A DNA stretch of 53,291 nucleotides, the filler included, from Sphacelaria rigidula (Eukaryota), in NCBI GenBank assembly GCA_964200075.2. It is 4 parts of 4 records of this genome, joined end to end, with 100 filler letters (N's around TTAATTAATTAA, not from the genome) between each part and the next. Parts side by side here need not be neighbours in the genome. Positions count along the whole stretch, not along the records: positions 1 to 13,248 come from CAXNAA020003028.1; positions 13,349 to 26,596 come from CAXNAA020003029.1; 2 more parts are not named here. One strand, 5' to 3'. This document shows, in pieces, positions 11,701 through 23,354 of this stretch; position 1 is the stretch's first letter; each line of letters begins with the position of its first letter. The position numbers and the translations under genes are program-made. The notes under the pieces were generated by a model. The model searched no databases, had not been told where the DNA came from, and saw only the letters and a list, made by a program, of their open reading frames with translations.

Positions 11701-13192
11701 GGAGACACCAATATATGAACTGATACGTGGGTGTCATCAACAAAACATCAACCCACATGCACAACAAACTGGTCAGCTGGTGATTAATGGCGCATTTTGA
11801 TCTATATATATATATGTATATGTATGTGTATATTTGTGCCTCATTTTCAACTCCTTCCCTACCTCGAAACGAATCTGCGATCTCAAGAGATTGACCTATC
11901 TCTCCCCCGATTCACGCCAACATTTGGTGTCGCGGATAGGATCAGCACTCCCTCGCGACAACGGTTCTTGTCAAACAATTTTTCTTTGCAGCAATGCCAG
12001 GGTAGGGGGTGCACTTTTCAGTCCAAACGTTTTCTGAGGCTGCAAACCAAGGCCCAGGTATTTGTCTCCGAGAGGCTCCTACAGCAAAAAGCCTAGAACA
12101 AAAATAAACCCCTACCGTGGCATTGCTCTTTGCTACGCACGTCCTCGCGTTTTCATGACAGAAATCAAAGTATCAAAAAAAGGAAATGCGTCTGCAAGGA
12201 TTCGAACCCTCAATCTCCCCCCGCCCCCAACTAGTGTCAGATGTACCAGTAAGACAACCGGGGCGCGTGATAATCGAACTTTTGCTTGCACTACTGGCGA
12301 GCCAGGCGAGTCAGGCAAGCCAGGCGTGAACGCTCTTCGGTATAATTACTTGTTATCCAGTACTTATATCGGTACAACGGCAGACGGTGTTAACCATGAA
12401 CCCGCGCACCCAGTGTTATAGGCACCTTAGTTCGCTTGTGGAGAAAAGCACGAGGTGGCGCCAATAATGTAAAAGAAGCGACGACACCCCTTGCTACACC
12501 CCGAACACGAAAATATCTATTGATTGCGCACTGTAAACTAAGCAATACGACCTCAATCCCTCATCACCTCATCATGTTATATTTACGTACAAAGGATCAC
12601 CAGCTGTTCGCTGAGTACTCCCACTGCAGCGAGTCCAATCTAACTACAGCTCTAACGTGTGCTGTCGCACTATCGTCCAGTTATCGCATATTAAGCTGTA
12701 CACAAATAGTAAATCTTCGACCGCCGCACACCGTAGGTAAAATCGAAGAACCGATCGGTTTTACCCAAACAACCTTTCCCACCCAGACCTGTCTGTTGTC
12801 GAAGTTATGCGCGAGACATACTTTTCGGAATACGAAAATTGGTCCATACCCCGCACTTCCAAGCAGAGGGCGGACTGCGATTCGAAGCACCGCGGCGGGG
12901 TTGGATGTTGTGGACTGCGGCTATGGAAGAGTTGTTGATGGCTCTACTCTCAACCGTATTTTGCAGCTGCGCAGCAGTAACTCCTCACCATTTTCCCGTC
13001 CGGACTGAAACGGACGGTGGTGAGCGCAGCTGAGGTATATCGGAAGCCGGCGACCTCCTGCAAGTCCGATGCATCCAGGATCTTACACGCTCCGGAGCTG
13101 AAGCCGACGGCGAGTAAAGTGCCTCGAGGGTGGAACGCACAACTTTGTGGTCGCAACCGTGCGGGATCGAACGATCTCAACGTCACCAACAC
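2798..13192 (-). CDS. CFAP251: Cilia- and flagella-associated protein 251 (WDR66), 5'-partial, 12 exons, ~577 aa visible
   Basis: Exons (minus): 13192-12989, 11609-11502, 10735-10565, 10004-9897, 8926-8735, 8082-7918, 6665-6477, 5547-5407, 4820-4764, 4523-4446, 4168-4034, 2983-2798 (TGA). They splice in frame. Motifs resembling CFAP251: RSHSRAVTGLEFG, LVSIGEDRCLVEY, TANDEYKLK..RKTTLGPTFGGP, LQMPFDGNPHK..AHPGEV, DYFFYALLRTQGEDT, MRALGFYPTEQ, VNHRPVF, FAEEVLGFE. The 5' part lies beyond the contig end at 13248. Confidence 0.92.
3661..3740 (+). repeat. tRNA-derived (SINE-like) head remnant in the last CFAP251 intron
   Basis: A-box-like TGGTCTACGTGG (3670-3681) and B-box GGTTCGAATCC (3715-3725). 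No complete cloverleaf. Confidence 0.45.
7699..7772. repeat. Short dispersed repeat (also 27202-27277; reverse-orientation ends at 13225-13248 and ~46455-46480)
   Basis: Shared GTCCCGGCTTTGTAGGG.TGCGAGG.CAATG.TC.T.TGACTA.GGCAT core, and an ATCATGAGTACACCCCCC end seen in the other copies. Confidence 0.7.
8568..8627 (+). repeat. Degenerate telomere-like (T/C)TAGGG array in a CFAP251 intron
   Basis: TTAGGG(CTAGGG)4TTAGGATTAGGACGAGGGTTAGGGGCTAGG. Confidence 0.75.
9168..9685 (-). mobile_element. tRNA-derived SINE (family S1) with three tandem heads
   Basis: Minus-strand heads with A box TGGTGTAATGG and B box GGTTCGATTCC (variants) at ~9450-9519, 9555-9614 and 9616-9685. The body matches 20515-20825 and 51645-51955. 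Confidence 0.85.
11843..12266 (-). mobile_element. tRNA-derived SINE related to S1 (different head and middle, shared 3' body)
   Basis: Head GCGCCCCGGTTGTCTTACTGG...GAGGGTTCGAATCC (B box 12198-12208). Region 11843-11960 aligns by eye with the S1 3' body (TCTCAAG.GAT..ACC.ATCTCTCCCCCG...TCGCGGAT.GG.TCAGCACTCCC). Confidence 0.65.
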
Positions 13193-13248
13193 CTTTCGAG
13201 TGGCGGCGTGTATATAAATTCAACGGGGGGGGTGTACTCATGATCATG

Positions 13249-13348
13249 NNNNNNNNNNNNNNNNNNNNNNNNNNNNNNNNNNNNNNNNNNNNTTAATTAA
13301 TTAANNNNNNNNNNNNNNNNNNNNNNNNNNNNNNNNNNNNNNNNNNNN
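13249..13348. other. Artificial contig-joining spacer
   Basis: 44 N + TTAATTAATTAA (stops in all six frames) + 44 N. Confidence 0.98.
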
Positions 13349-14153
13349 CAAACCGCACCGTGATAATCCGCAGCGCGGAGCGGATTGTCCTCCGTACACA
13401 TCCCTGCTAATTTACTCTTCACTCGGGGAGTGTTGCAGCAGCTGTTGCGGCACAACAGTACGACGTACAGCGCAGTGGCACAACACCAGCCACAGGTCAA
13501 GTTCCAGTGCAGCAATACTGGTGGCCCATCCGATATCCCTGTTCCTCAACCCCTACCCAGACTGCCTAAAATTGTCCATGGTCCTTTTGGCTTCGGAAAT
13601 ATCGTCTATTGAGTGACATGGCATCCCTTTATACATTAACCCCTGAACGGCGAAGGTAGGTCATCTGTTGAATTGGCATCAAATTCACTTGTGACGCAGG
13701 AATGAATGATCCAGATGGACTACGCGGACCCTCGCGGTCTAAGGGTCAACCCTTAGAGAGCGACCCCCTGGCACGTGGACTGAGTTGGACTATGCCACAT
13801 TTGGGGTTCAGAACTGCTCTTTTCTCGCTAAACTAAACTCATTTCTCATGAACGTGTAGGTATTTGTCATCTAAATATAAATCAATCCCGAAGAACCCCT
13901 GACCAGTTTTGGCCCCGCGGTCACTTGCGTGCAGAGTCGGTACGTATGTGTGCTGTATGTCTTCACTGGATACAACGGCAAGATACAGTATATGTGTGCC
14001 ATCGCTCTCCACTGAACACGATTTACTGCATACTGCTGATGCCTCTTCCCATATTAGTGCTCAACAACATCACTACAGACAGTGTGAAGCTATACTGGCA
14101 GCACATGAGGGGTCAGGCAGGCGGCGTAGACGACGAGCAGAATACAAATCACG

Positions 14154-14494
14154 CACAGGCACCGTAGGTAAGGTATACCGTACCGAGCGTATCCCCGGTA
14201 TTCACCGGGGTATCCCATACCGTGGTATGCGTAGGTATCGTAGGTATGACATTTCAAAATACCGGATTGGGCCGGTACGGTAGGTATTGAAATATCGAAA
14301 TGCCGTGGTATCGTAGGTTTGAGTTTTGAAAATACTGGATTGAGCGGGTACAGTAGGTACTGAAATTTCGAAATACCGTGGTATCGTAGGTATCGTAGGT
14401 TTGAGTTTTGAAAATACCGGATTGGACCGGTATCGTAGGTATGTGATGTCCCACATACCGGTACCAGGTACGTACCTTACCCACGGTGCCTTTG
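14154..14494. mobile_element. MITE family B (CACAGGCACCG TIRs, 8-bp TSD, internal tandem repeats)
   Basis: CACAGGCACCGTAGGTAAGGTA...TACCTTACCCACGGTGCCTTTG. Flanks AAATCACG (14146-14153) and AAATCAAG (14495-14502). Internal GGTATCGTAGGT-rich repeats. Confidence 0.85.
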
Positions 14495-14502
14495 AAATCA
14501 AG

Positions 14503-16478
14503 CACAGGAACCGTAGGTAAGGTACCGCACCGAGCGTACCCCAGGTATTTACCGGGGTATCCCATACCGTGGTATGCGTGGATATCGTAGGTATGAGTTT
14601 TGAAAATACCTGATTAAGCGGGTACCGCAGGTATTAGAATCTCGAAATACCGTGGTATCGGAGGTATCGGAGTTATGCGTTTAACACGTGATCTTACAAG
14701 TTGGGGGTGGATATTTTATTGGGAATTAGAAACCCGGAGAATTAAAATCTTCGTCTCCACACCAAATCTTTGAAACATGGTTCCATTTCTTAACCTACCG
14801 GTAGCTATTGACAACTGCTACACGCTATTGAAATTTGGATTTCATCACCGAAATGTTGGCGTTCTACACGCTGGTTCAGATTGAAAACCCAAATATTACT
14901 CCCCGGCTAATGACGAACGCAATACCCAGCCAATATGCACAAATTTGGTATCATACTGACCGCAGTGAACATACGAAAAGGGTGGCATAGCCGGATTTTT
15001 GTTCAAGGCTAGAGCGGTGGCGCTATGGACAAAAATAGGTCTCGACCAATCAGCGCCCTTCAAGTTGTTCCGAAATTGAATACACGAATTCCAAGCCCAA
15101 TTTTCACCGAATCTCTACATGGTTCAAATCGTAGTAACCGTCATCAGCTTGGGAATCTAACGGGAGAAACATATTTGAAAACGGTTGCAACCGGGTCGAA
15201 TTTTGCCCAAAAACCGTGATGTTTCGGTGAAGTGGAGTGTGGCGTCGTCTAATTTCCACTCATGATACGTGCGAAAAACCCACGGAGCCTGGAGACGATT
15301 CCCTTTTATCTGTTGGAGAAAAGCTCAGATCATCGTCAAACTTGGCAGTTCCGTAGGTATTGATGCTCCAAATGGAAAAATTATATTCTTGGCAAGATTT
15401 CAAAGTTTCTCCGTTCTCTACCAGCTTCCGGGGGTCCAAGCATAAAGACCTCAGGAAACCGGTTCAGAATGCCCCAACACCAAAATCTTGACATCTTAGG
15501 GTTAGGTGGCATCCCAAGGAACATGTGTACCAATTATTGTTGCTCAACTCGAAAAACTGCATCGGCTGGGTCTTTTACCATAAGAACAACCCCCCAAAAG
15601 GGCGATTCTGTACTTTAATCAAGTAATTACAGACTTTTTATACTTCAGCGCACGTTTTGGCATTTTCTCACGCCATTTTTTCGAGTTCGACCACGAAAAA
15701 TTGCACACATGTTCTTGAGAGTACTATCTAAAGTTCGAAGACCGTTTTTTTTTTAATTTTATTTGTTGGTGGCTTTTTATCCAAGGTCGCGGTTGACCTA
15801 CTTGACCTGGGGAGGGGTCAGATCCCGACTATCTCGACACCAAAAAATAACAATGAAAAGCCCCGGTCTTCGAGTTTTAGATAGTGCCCTCAAGAACGTG
15901 TGTGCAAATTTTCGTGGTCTAACTCGAAAAAACGGCGTGAGGAAATCCCGGGGAATGAATTTTGGGCGTTCAATCTGAACCAGCCCGTAGGTGAAGAACC
16001 AATTTGGGGGAATTGTGGGTGTCCGAACGAACGTCAATATGGTTCTGAAATTAGTTATTCATCTAGGACCCCAACATTTCGGTGATCGAAATCAATTTTT
16101 TTACGGCGTGTAACATTTTTCCCTAGCTATCAGTAGGTGAAGAAATGGAACCACATTTCGAAGATTTGGTGTGGATACGACGATATTAATTCTCGGGGTT
16201 TCTTATCCCCAATTAAAGATCCATCCCCAATTTGCACGATCCCGTGTTGTTTCGAAAAAAACTGATTGAGCGGGTACAGTAAGTACTGGTATCTCGAAAT
16301 ACCGTGGTATCATAGGTATCGTGGGTATAGCATTTGAAAACACCCGATTGGGCAGGTACGGTAGGTATCGTAGGTATGACAATTGGAAATACTCCACTTT
16401 CGATTGGGTCGGTATCGATAGGGTATGAGATGTCCCACATACCAGTACCGGGTGCCTGCCTCACCCTCTGTGCCGGTT
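14503..16478. mobile_element. Second family-B MITE in tandem, interrupted by a family-A element
   Basis: Starts CACAGGAACCGTAGGTAAGGTA. Family-B repeats stop at 14682 and resume at 16249. Degenerate right TIR at ~16460-16478. Confidence 0.75.
14683..16248. mobile_element. Long family-A TIR element (1566 bp) with exact 4-bp TSD GTTT
   Basis: AACACGTGATCTTACAAG...TTTGCACGATCCCGTGTT, with GTTT at 14679-14682 and 16249-16252. It carries an internal inverted repeat (~15665-15945) and a segment shared with 51985-52285. No transposase ORF seen. Confidence 0.82.
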
Positions 16479-16559
16479 TCAAAACTCTCATCCGGCGGTG
16501 TGGAGAAGCGTTTCAGGGCGTGCCTCAGCACTTTTTTCTTCGATCGATAACATGGGCGA

Positions 16560-17300
16560 TGAATTGATTTGAGCGAAAATAAAAATAAGCTCATTCTTGT
16601 CGAGTTGGGTCAAAGCGAATTTTGAAGCTTTCGATCGAAAAAAGACGATGAAATTGGTGAAACGGTACATGGTCACTCGTGTACAGTACAGACAGTCTGT
16701 ACTGTCTGCACTGCTTGCAGGCAGTGTGTCTTGAGTGTGTGTGCGCGTGTTTTGTACCGCAGGATTTTGAAGAGAAGCGGGCAACGTGCAGTGCAATCGG
16801 CCCAGGACTATTGGTTCTCTCTGCTTACAATGCGACGTGAAAAGGACTTGATCAACGTGCAGCTTTGTACTGCCTGCACTGTCCATGAGCGTGTACGCAA
16901 CTCGGTTGCCCACCGTAGCACGTAGTTCCGTCGCTGATCCTACCATGAAAGAAGATGCGCAAGTTTTCGCCAACAAAAAATAAAGAAATCATACCCAATT
17001 ACGGCAGGGTTGCGGTGGTAGCTGAGAATGAGTTAGATGGAGTTGGCATGGTTCTGTGAACGGGTGTTATCTGGCATGGTGGTCTGTTAGATAGGATCCC
17101 AGTGTTGCTTCGTGCCTTTCGATCGCATGTTTTCGATCGAAAAAGCTCAATGTTTTTGTTTTGCAGTTTTTCTCCGCGTGCCACTGATTACAAGTTTGAG
17201 TTGAAGTCTTCCAAGAGCAGAAATGTGGAGGACCGATCAGATCGGAAAAAAGAATTCGACCGCACTTCAGACTCCATAATAAGTTCATTCGAAGTGACCC
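16560..17300. repeat. Dispersed ~750-bp repeat, second copy at ~23600-24360
   Basis: Shared blocks GTGAAACGG.ACATGGTC, CAGTCTGTACTGTCTGCACTGCTT, ACGTGCAGCTTTGTACTG, GCGCAAGTTTTCGCCAACAAAAAA, CAGGGTTGCGGTGGTAGCTGAGA. Confidence 0.85.
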
Positions 17301-17394
17301 AAACACGAAAATCAGGGGGAATCTGGGTATATATTACTTGTGAAAATAAGACGTACCTGCTCTGACAACTTCTGGCCTTTGCGTAAGTTGGGAC

Positions 17395-17818
17395 CAGCTG
17401 CACTGTGGGAAGTGCATCGCGTCCAGTATGTAACGGGTATACCCCCGATAATTACCGGGGTATCCCATACCTTGGTGTGCGTGGGTGTCGTAGGTGTGAG
17501 TTTTGAAAATACCCGATTGAGCGAGTACGGTAGGTATTGGAATCTCGAAATGCCTCGGTATGGTAGGTATCGTAAGTAGGAGTTAAAAAAATATCCGATT
17601 GAGCGGGTACGGTAGGTACTGGTATCTCGAAATACGTATGAGTTTTGAAAATACCTGATCGAGCGGGGGGTACGGTAGATATTGACATCTCGAAATACCG
17701 TGGTGTCGTGGATGTCGTTGGTATGACATTTGAAAATACCCGATCGGACCGGTATCGGCAGGGTATGAGATGTCCCAAATACCGGTACCGGGTACCTACC
17801 TTACCTACGGTGCCTGTG
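17395..17818. mobile_element. Family-B MITE copy (left TIR degenerate)
   Basis: Same internal repeats as other family-B copies. Right end CCTTACCTACGGTGCCTGTG at 17818. Confidence 0.78.
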
Positions 17819-20514
17819 AAAACAAGTTATCTGTACCCATGTCATCTATGGTTGATTTCGCACGACCGAGATGAGTCGTGGGGGTTGACAGCGAATTAGT
17901 CCAATGCAGTCCACCCGAACCGGAAGAATGTTCTCATTTTGACGGCCGTGATTGATCAGAATGGGGGTCCCGCACCTCTCGGGCCTCGTGCACGGCTCAT
18001 AATTTTCCGCGGGAACTTCCAAACACACATGGTTGACTTGGTGAGCTTTTCGGCTCCTCTGCGGACAGACACCCCCCCACGCACATTCAAAAACTACACC
18101 CCCGGCCACTGGAAACCCCCGAATGTCTCCGGACTGTCAGCCTGTGAAACTGCTCCGAGGCGACGCTCGCTGTCTAAGGGTCAACACAAATGTGTTCATC
18201 ATTTTCCATGTCAAGTGCATTTACGATCTCGCTGAGCTATTATCCTTGGGCACGTGCTTGCGTGCTTCGTAAGTGGTGCAAACATGTGCGAGCTGGACAA
18301 GCCGAGAATTCCTATTGGCGGTTAGAAGAAAGGTGATGCACGACTTAGTTCAAGGAGTTGGGCTCTGAAATTTTTGGACACGAGATTTACATTGTCAGCA
18401 CGCAGCGCATTTCTCAAGCAACCACAAGAAATAAAAGTTTCCGCGAGTTGAAAGTCCGGGGAAAAGATATGTGATAAATTTAGTAAAATTTACCACTTGG
18501 TAGGTATTGGATTTTAGTGTGGTGTAAATCCGGATCTTTGATGATGAGGGTGCTGTGCTCCTGGCGTGCTCCATACGTGCAGAGACCGCGTTTTTGTCTA
18601 AATCGGTGCCTGGGGTGCCGATTTGAGTGCTGTCAATGCACTCTTTTCTCAGGGAACACTTTGCACCCCCCTTGCCGGAGGGGTTAGGCTTAAAGTTGGA
18701 GTCAGTGTTATTCGAAGACATAAATTTCCGAGAAACTTCCGATACCTACCAAGTGATGAACTAACCTCAAAAATTCTATGCAAGAGGCGAAAACGGGTGT
18801 TGCTTCAGTCACGATTTTTTAAATCACCGCAGAAGGTTGTTGCAATTTTTTGCCTGAAAACTCCTAAAATTGGGCTGCGCGTGCAACGTTTGGTGTGACA
18901 CCGCTGCACCCCAGCGGTCAAACTGATAGAAGAGACTCCAGTTAGACGCAAGTTCAAATCCCGACGTAATTTGTTTTTTTTTGCAGAATCTGGTTTTCTT
19001 CTTTGAGGCATTTTTTTGTACAGAATAATCTTGTTTAAGTAAAAAAAGGTGATTCCGGTACTTTCGCACGAGCTTCTGCCCCAAAAGCGCGAAACTGGCC
19101 CTTCTCGTCTCAGTGTGGAGTGGGGCTTTTCTCCAAGGCCTATCTAGAACATTTTTTCACTCACCTGCAGGCCCAGCTGCACAAAATCATCGCCAGCCCC
19201 TCAATTTTCCAAGTGTCAAAAAAGCGATCACAATCGGGGATTTGATCGAGTAGAGGCGTTGCAGCCCAGTCTCAGTTGGATACGTGTGCTCGTACTCGTT
19301 TTTGTGTGACAATCGGCTGGGAGGTGCTCTCCCATGATGGACTGTAGACGAGCTTGGTGTGATCTCGCAGCATTCCCAGCGCACTCTTGACTGTGCGTGT
19401 CAAAGTGCTCATGCGTAATTCCGCCGCGTTCCTTAGAAATACTCAAAACACGCTGTCACGCCACGAAATTAGACGTACCCGGTACTCAATGCAGTACGGT
19501 GACATCATCGCCTAACCTGCGCCAATCGAACACCTGTGGAGTTGTGCATGACCACGCTGGTGTGCAGTTCACAGCGATATACTCACATGGGACTGATTCG
19601 GGAATCTGTAAAATTGTCGTGCGCCCGGGGTGTGCATGTTTCACGGCTGGCCTAGCTCGTACTTTACTTCCTGCCTAAGCTATCGAAGCCTTGGGATCTT
19701 CGGGGCAGTACTGGCAAAGCCCATGCATGTTTTCGTGATGGACGGATGTCACATCGTCTCAACCCTTCGACGGCCAAGGTATGTCATCTATTGAATCAAC
19801 ATCATTCCCCTTGAGAAGTGAACGCGCGACTCAGATGGCCTACCGTGGTGGTTAAAGGGTTTAGCTGTCCATACTGCACTGGCTGTAGTACCACTGCTGT
19901 TGAATGCGCACAAATGTTTTCATAGCGACCGACTATGTAACGCTGCGTAACACTCAGTGTCAGTCTCTGCCCTGCGCACGATCTACCATAATACGTTGTT
20001 TCTGTCTCCGTAGTGTTTTGCAACAACAGTGTGTAGCTACCTTGACAATACAGCAGGGAGCGGGCAAGTCGCAAAAGACGGGACAACAAGCAAGAAGCAC
20101 CTCTTTTTTTCGTGTGTTTCAACAATTGAGTGCTCGTTTCGATAATGGTCAGATCTGACGTAACCGCCATGTGGGCCATAAATTAGGCGATCATTTGTAG
20201 GGGAGCATGGCGGGTCATTTGACCTATCAGAACTGTCAAAATGGTCATCCCACCATCCTCAGGCTTCGTTGTCCGATCTAGGAATTTCCTGGAAACACGC
20301 ATGGTTCTCCTGGGAGGCTTCCTCGAACGACCTGGGAACCCTTCCCCTACCTGGAAACCCCTGGACGATCAGTTGGACGTACTCTTTCAAAAAGAGGTGG
20401 GCAGTCAAAGAATTGAACTTTTGCGGTATGCCCGTATAAAATTTTTACATTTTGAGATGTACGCTACCCACAGTGGCTATACATACGTGCCGCTATCCTG
20501 AAGTCGCTCTAGTT

Positions 20515-20825
20515 GCGCCCCGGTGGTGTAATGATCCGACTGTCGCCATTAGGGTGGAGAGAACGAGGGTTCGATTCCCGGTGCGTTGGGTTTTTTCTTC
20601 GTAATGAATGTCTGATTTCCACCGCGTGGAAAGCGTGAGAACCCGAGTGAACAAAGTAGGCGACTCGGTTTGTGTGACGTGAGTTGACGCGGTGCGGGAG
20701 TGCTGACCCAATCCGCGAGACCAAAATGAAAGACGCGTATCGGGGGAGAGATGGGTTGATTCCTTGAGACCACGCACTCATCCCGAGGGAGGGGAGGGGT
20801 TCAAAGTGTGAGGAAAAAATAAAAA
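20515..20825 (+). mobile_element. tRNA-derived SINE S1, full length (~310 bp)
   Basis: GCGCCCCGGTGGTGTAATGA...GAGGGTTCGATTCCC head. Body ends GGGGTTCAAAGTGTGA followed by an A-rich tail. Confidence 0.85.
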
Positions 20826-21643
20826 GTGCCAGTACGCTATGCACCAGTTTGTAGATCAACTACTGTACACAGGAGGTCAGGACATTATCTGCAAAATGCC
20901 CGTAATTCGAGAATGTTGGGGCGAGACGCGTGTTCGTGTGGAGCAGAGTACAAAAGTGTTCACTGCTACACAGTTGTGCTGTCCTAAGCTTGCTGGACAT
21001 TCCTGTAGTGGTGGAAACGTGCTCGCCGTGTGCGATTCCCTTAGGCGCTGCTAGAGCCGCGATGTGGGCCATGGCTGCGCCTGACTCAGTCTGATGCTGC
21101 CACCCCTCGGGTACGAGTAGTGGGGTGGGCTTTTTGTGCTCTTGACGAAATATTTGGTCTTGAAAAACAACACCTTTGTCAATCACGCAGGCGCCCACGA
21201 GCCATACTGTTGTAATTGTATTGTTTCCTGCACCTCCCACGGGCGCACACTACCTTACAACTACTTCTACTGTTGAATATGCCCCGTCTCCCGACAGTGC
21301 TTGCTTGCCTGTGTGCACAAGACCATGCCCTTGCACGTTAGCGTGCTGCTTGCACTGCTACCCGGCACAACGGGCGGGTAAATGTGATGAGAAGAACCCC
21401 AAATCCATTTGTTCGAAGTCTCGCTGTGGCGCTAAGGGTCGTTCCGTGATATATATGCATGCATCGAATTTGATGTGGCATGCAATTATATTGATTTAAG
21501 TATAGTCCTTACATCGCCCAAACACCCCCCCCCCCCCCCCAACAGAAAAAAAAATCTCAGATTTTTCTGCGGAATTATCAGTTGTCAATATTGTTCCGAA
21601 AGGATGCCTGGTGGTCAAAGTTCGAAACGTTTCATCACTTCAG

Positions 21644-22356
21644 GTATATGGATGAGCACGGCATCGACGTCCACTGCCTAGTGCCGCTACCGTGGCTGGA
21701 GTGTGAGCCAGCCGTCCACGCAGATGAGGCGAAGGCGCTGAAGGTGAAACGAAAGGCAGTGCTCGCAGACGAGCTGTTCACCACGAAGTGGGATAGAGAG
21801 AAAAAATCGACTTTTGTTTGTATTGCATGCGTTATCCGCCTATTTGGACGAGTTTATCTATCGGACCGATGTGCGACTGCATTTACCGTACTTCAGAAGT
21901 GTTTTTTCTGTCTTGCACTTTTCTTGTAGCAGGAGCACTGGTGTATTCTTGCTGTTCCCCTAGTATCATGGTGTGTATATATGTTTCCGTTGCCCTAAAT
22001 TGACGGTGTTCGGCATAATCCTGGTAGAATGATCGAAAAAAGTTTGTTGTCCGAGTGTTGCCTCACATGGAGACTTTCGAAGCGCTGGTGTCACGCCTGT
22101 TCGTGCGGTTGTATATAAGACCCCGTCCCTGTCCCCCTCGTCGTCCCCGTCCCCTCTCTCGCGCAGCCGGTCCTACCCCCTGCATCACATTTTCTGTTTG
22201 CGCTATTTCGTGTCATGCCCACTCATCCTATTACAATGTTTTACATGATATGCTCGCAAGGCTTGCAGGATCGCCAACGATGAGATGGCAAAGGTGGTGG
22301 CTCTTCATCCGCGCCGCCTGATAGGCGTAGCACTGATCCCAACGACCACTGAGGAG
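21644..22356 (+). CDS. Amidohydrolase_2 (ACMSD/LigW-like metal-dependent hydrolase/decarboxylase) gene fragment, two exons
   Basis: Exons 21644-21743 and 22261-22356 (AG/GT bounded) join to YMDEHGIDVHCLVPLPWLECEPAVHADEAKALK|ACRIANDEMAKVVALHPRRLIGVALIPTTTEE. This fits the MDxxGID ... NDxxAxxxxxHPxRxxGxAxxP pattern. Other exons were not found. Confidence 0.72.
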
Positions 22357-23354
22357 GTGTGCAATACACGAGCATTGGGCTCATGTTCTACTTTTCAAGT
22401 GTTTTTTATTTGCTTTTTGTTCAGCGATACTGTAAAGTACTGCGCGAGAACTTTTGCTTGAGAGCGAACAATGTGGTGCGGCCGCCTACACTTTATCAGT
22501 TGCTCGATCATGACTCGTTCCGAAGGTGTTGGAGTTTGATTTTCGTCTTTGCTACCTATGTTTATCACGTGCCACCTTCTTTTTTTTGACAACTTTGAGT
22601 ATGTCCATCTCCTAAGTTTGCGGTATCCATAAGTGCCTTGCGTTGGCCGCCCTTTTCGTAGCTCTCCCGCTACGTGCTCCAATCAACAGTCCTGCGTGGC
22701 TCTCGCGTAGCACATGGCGGTACCGAGGGTGATACCACATGAAACTTGAAAAAACATTCGGCATGTGTACATATATACACAAGCCGCAAGGGACCCGGGG
22801 CTGCCCCGGTCCCGTCCGTCTTTTTCGAAGGTCTCGGTGTTCTTGCCTTGCCAAGCCCTCGTGAGAATAGACCCTCTCTCGAAATGTTCATGCCCGCCGG
22901 AAACATTGCAGGACCACCGCGAGCGCGCGTCCGTTCGAACGGTCGCGAACGCATGTGTACCCCCGCACAAAGTAAAGCACGAATCCGCGAACCGGACCCC
23001 TAGCATTGGCAGTGGCTCGAACAGTCATCTCCCGGTGCGGGTGCGGGTGAACTTGCACACTGGAATCAGCATGGAATCTCGTGGACGCCTCGTTACGAAG
23101 TATGCTTGACGTTCGTGATTTCGAAGTATTCTATGTATACAAGGATCGGACGGGGTCACCGATAGGCGGCCCCGTCCTCCATGATGGGCGTGGAAAAAAT
23201 ATATATATGAAAGGGAGAGGGTGAAGGTAATGACTCCTACCAAGAGATGAAGCCGAGGATATGAAATGTATATTGGTAATGAAACTCATTTATATGAGAG
23301 GAGTAGGAGAAGGAAGACACGGTATGGGTGTGATATTGTTGGAATTGAAAAACG

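Noticed and set aside
13293..13304. TTAATTAATTAA as a biological motif (PacI-like or piggyBac site)
   Set aside because: It is centred in N-runs three times identically, so it is an assembly linker.
20515..20590. Functional tRNA genes (also ~9450-9685, 12190-12266, 40385-40455, 50845-50920, 51645-51715)
   Set aside because: A/B boxes are present but there is no intact cloverleaf, and each continues into a repeated body. They are SINE heads.
21603..21787. Longer version of the amidohydrolase exon (DAWWSKF... to ...FTTK)
   Set aside because: The pyrimidine-rich CAG at 21641-21643 and the donor after 21743 give a better family-like join (KALK|ACRIAND).
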